Of a stretch of 64,000 bases of DNA, positions 60,040 to 64,000 are shown piece by piece. This DNA is from Mobula hypostoma (Eukaryota), in assembly GCF_963921235.1 (NCBI RefSeq), contig NC_086108.1, positions 41,356,001 through 41,420,000 on the forward strand, in the 5' to 3' direction. The first letter of the stretch is position 1, and every line of letters starts with the position of its first letter. The position numbers and the translations under genes are program-made. The notes beneath the pieces were generated by a model that saw only the letters and a program-made list of their open reading frames with translations, did not search any database and had not been told where the DNA came from.

Positions 60040-61160
60040 ATAAAGAAGAGAAAATCTGCAGATGCTGGCAATCCAAGCAAAACATCCAAAATGCTGGAGG
60101 AACTCAGCAGGCCAGGCAGCATTTCAGGTTGAGACCCTTCAACAGAACTGGAGAAAAAAGTTGAGGTCACAGTAAGAAGGTAGGGGGAGAGGAGGAAGAA
60201 ATACAAGGTAGTAGGTGAGGGTGAAACCAGGAGGAAGGGGGAGGGGTGATGTAAAGAGCTGGGAAGTTGATTGGTAAAAGAGATTAAGGGTTGAAGAAGG
60301 GGGAGATGTAGTTGGAGAGGACAGAAGGCCATGGAAGAAAGGGAAGGGGCAGGAGCACCAGAGGGAGGTGATGGGCAGGTATGGAGATAAGGTGAGAGAG
60401 GGAAATGGGAATGGGGAATGGTGGGGAGGGGCTTTACCAGAAGTTCATGCCATCAGGTTGGAGGCTACCAAAATGGAATATAAGATGTTGATCCTCCGAC
60501 CTGAGTGTGGCCTCATTGCGACAGTAGAGGAGGCCATGGACTGACATGTCGAATTGGGGATGGGAAGTGGAATTAAAATGGGTGGCCACTGGGAGATCTC
60601 ACTTTTTCTGGTGGATGGAATATAGGTGCTCAGCAAAGCAGTCTCCCAATCTATGTCGGGTCTCACTGATATACAGGAGGCCACACCGGGTGCACTGGAT
60701 GCAGTAAATCAGGGGACCCCAACCTCTTTTGCACCACGGACTGGTTTAATATTGACAATATTCTTGCGGACCGGCCGACGCGGGGTTGAGGGGTGTGGGT
60801 GGTATTCAAGTTCAACAGTGTGTGACAAGGAATGAGGAAAGGTGCAGCTGACTCATATGGTTTCATATTGCTAAATCATATTGTTTCTTCGTGGCCCGGT
60901 AGCATATGCTTCACGGCCTGATGGTTGGGGACCACTGCAGTAGATGACCCCAACAGACTCACAGGTGAAGAATCGCTTCACCTAGAAGGATTGTTTGGGG
61001 CACTGAATGGTGGGGAGGAGGTATAGGGGCAGGTGTAGCACCTATTCCACTTGCAAGGATAAGTTACAGGAGGGAAATCAGTGGGGAGGGACAAATGGAC
61101 AAAGGGGTCACATAGGGAGTGATCCTTGCAGAAAGCAGAAAGTGTTGGGGGGGGTGAAAG
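60040..61160 (-). mobile_element. Penelope-like element, degenerate 3' part
   Basis: PPTLSAFCKDHSLCD..PTDFPPVTYPCKWNRCYTCPYTS; collinear with 4250-5050. Confidence 0.9.
60710..60937. mobile_element. hAT-like MITE with 8-bp TSD inserted in the Penelope element
   Basis: CAGGGGACCCCAACC...GGTTGGGGACCACTG; CAGTAAAT (60702-60709) / CAGTAGAT (60938-60945). Confidence 0.87.
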
Positions 61161-64000
61161 ATATAATATATATCTTTTTTTAACATTTTTGAAGTGATTT
61201 TCTGATTGTGTGAAGTAACAGTAAATGTGAAAGTTATTGGCTGGACATTGGAATAGAAATTTCGATGTTATTAACATTCGCCATTGTTAGGGAGTATTGT
61301 GGAGTTATGTGAATATAGCAGATATTAATTCAGGCAAGAAGCAGTCCAGTTCTTGTAAATTGTGAATTGCAAGCAGTAAATTGAAGTTAAAAGCACACCT
61401 TTGCAACTAAGCAATGCTGTCTGTGTAGCACATACTAAGAGATATAGATTGCAAAATGGCAATCATGAGATGTTCACATAGGCATCAGCGAAACATTAAG
61501 ACAATGGGGTTGTGTTAACTGGCTTGTGTCACAGGGGATGTGTTTCAATCGCGACTTTGAGTAATGGGTTTGTAATCTGCACTGTTGTAAACAAGTTCAA
61601 GGAAACTTGCAAGTAGCAATTGAATATTCAGAGGTGTCTCCTACTGTAGATATGCAATTCAAAGATAGAATTGTCAACCCAAAGTATTGAAGTAAACAAT
61701 GTCATTGTACCTATTGAAATTACATTGAATCACCTACTATTACCTTGGATCTTAAGGGTATAAGAATGAGATGTACTTGGAATTTGTGGGACTCTGCGAA
61801 GAATGTCTTTTTGTCATGATGAATAACTACTTTTATATCCACCAGCTCTTGAGTTTCTCTGATGACTTAGTCATAGTAACAGCAATTTTTATCACATGGC
61901 ATTATTATCATCCTCAGCTGGCAGTTATATGTAGAAATGAGATGCTGTAATATGCTTATTTTTCAACTTTGCTTCTTTGCTTACAGCATTGCTTAGAGCT
62001 TCTACACACCTCTTGTTTAGCCACCTCACAGGAAAAGTTAATGGGCTTATTAAGCTGTGTTTATGTATATATGTACATGATATTATACATATACACAGTA
62101 TATAATAGTATTTGCCAATAAGCCCTCTGGCACTAACCATTTAATTATCTTAGTATGGTGTCTCATTCCTTTGCAATTCATTATTTGTTGGATTTTAACT
62201 TTTGTTAGAAAGTTTTCTTTAATTTTTCTTTCACTCTCGTTATTGTACTTGCTGTATAATTTTTTTATTTGAATTAAATATTCTAAATTGTGCTTCTGGG
62301 TTAGAGTTCCACTTGTCTCACTGATAAATCTTCACTTCGACTGGCTGAAGACTCAAGGAGCTGCATGTTTTGTTGGTGCATGCCACAGATTCCAGGTAGA
62401 GAGCACCAGTTTAAAAAGGATCACCACCATCATGACCTGTTCAACTCTGAAGAAAGATTGAATGCTGTTATACATGGAGTGTAATTCAAATTGTATTCCA
62501 TCACTGTTGATCACAGAATGAGAGAGGAGGGGAGTGGAGTGGGGTGGGGGGGAGACTATTTACCAATTTATTGCCCAACCCACAACTGCCAATGTAAATA
62601 CAGAAATGAACCATCTTTCCAACTTACTGCAAGTATTCTAGTGAAGGTGCATTATGAAGTGAAGCTCCATTCGTTCCAGAGAAATAACTTACAGAGTTTT
62701 TTCGTAAAGGTTTCATTCATTTTACTGGGACAGAATTGCCAGTATTTAGATGCAGTGACAGGAGGAGAGACAACATTTTTGACGGCATGTAGCTTAGATG
62801 GAAAACCTTCATTAATTTTACCTAAAGTCAGAATATGAGATTCACTCTGTAATAAGGTTGAGTAGAACACCATAAGATACAACACATTTGACATAAGTTG
62901 AATCTCAGGTTCCCTGTGATTTGGAGTGTTCATTTTGTGAAGTACTTTGAGCCACAGGGAACAGGAAGTGAGTAATTTTGGTCCTGGTCTGTACTGATTT
63001 AACTAACCTCAACTTAATTACTAGGGCAGGGGGGTGCTTTGACAGAACTTAGAATGTTGCAAGGAAGGTAGTTAGAAACTTTATCAAGCTTCTGACCTGT
63101 ATTGGTAGCTAGTAATTCATGATCAATGGGCAATAAATGTATGTATGATATCCGGCATTAGTAGAGATGAGTGAGTGAGTTAGCTCTTTCTTTCTATTGC
63201 CACACTTATACTTGCTATTTCTTCACATTCACATCACTTGTTTAAGGTATCAGGCATCCACTTGATGAACTTTACATGAAGTGTCCACATGAAAAGTTAG
63301 AAAAAACAGGAAAATTTAGCACATAGTAATTAGTGATTATAATATCACTCCTTTATCCTCTTCATTATAGATAACTAATTCATTGAATTTTTTGAAGGGT
63401 TTCATTCAAATTGTTGCTTTAAAATCAACAGAATTTTAGCCATTAAACCCATAGTCATGTTATGTTTGAATGTGTGTCTTATTATAGCAAGTGTTTTTAA
63501 AAAGACAAATGATTTTGGAACAATAAAACTTCAAAGGCATGTCCTCTGAGTCAGAGACAGGATGGACTTGTTTATTTTTATTTTTTTACATTTCTGATTG
63601 AGAGTTTAGGAATCACAATAACTTTGGCTTAGTCATTACTAGTGTGTTTTGAGTAATCAAATGAAAGAAAGCACATGTACAGAAGAAAAATCGACAGAGA
63701 GAGAGCAGCATTAGCACATATCAATGAAATACTTCAATAAAAAACAATTTTCTGTCCTGCATTTATGATCATTTTGGTAACAATACAGAATGATAGCCTG
63801 AAACAAAATTTAGTTGAAAAGCCAGAAGTAACTAGTGGCGATACTGGGAACTTGAGTATGAGATTATTTGTTTAATTGATGTAGTGAAGAAGTGTGCGTG
63901 AAAAAAAACTCCAGATGTTGTTTCCCAGGTGTCAGGCTCAGGGACATCTCAGATTGGATCCATAGCATTATTAGGGAGGAGGGTGAGCAGCGGGATGGTG

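Noticed and set aside
1..64000. Prokaryotic operon, CRISPR array or defence system
   Set aside because: Sequence is vertebrate-like and TE-dominated; no regularly spaced repeat-spacer array or dense gene packing.

Overview
Repeat-rich, AT-rich vertebrate genomic DNA with no intact, recognisable host gene. The repeat mix (CR1 LINEs with TCTTATGG/CTATGTTT-type tails, a tRNA-derived V-SINE of the HE1 type, abundant Penelope-like elements, Rex1/Babar, RTE, L1, R4) suggests a cartilaginous fish (shark or ray); that is inference. All long ORFs in the track are retroelement or transposon remnants or their antisense shadows. Main signal: a family of Penelope-like elements (GIY-YIG endonuclease + RT) and short non-autonomous derivatives whose end carries a minimal type-I hammerhead ribozyme (AGUC-CUGA[U/C]GA-stem II-GAAAC-GUC-GACU). 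About five copies keep an intact core and many are decayed; several are flanked by target duplications or form fold-backs. Other highlights: an internally deleted Chapaev3-type (CMC) DNA transposon with both ends and a 3-bp TSD, a palindromic mariner-derived MITE, a composite Tc1-like MITE that captured a LINE tail, hAT MITEs, solo LTRs, several nested insertions, and a pair of frame-preserving candidate short exons (9 and 33 nt) at 59.4-59.5 kb suggesting the window lies in long introns of a + strand gene. Element boundaries are by eye and approximate unless TIRs/TSDs are quoted.
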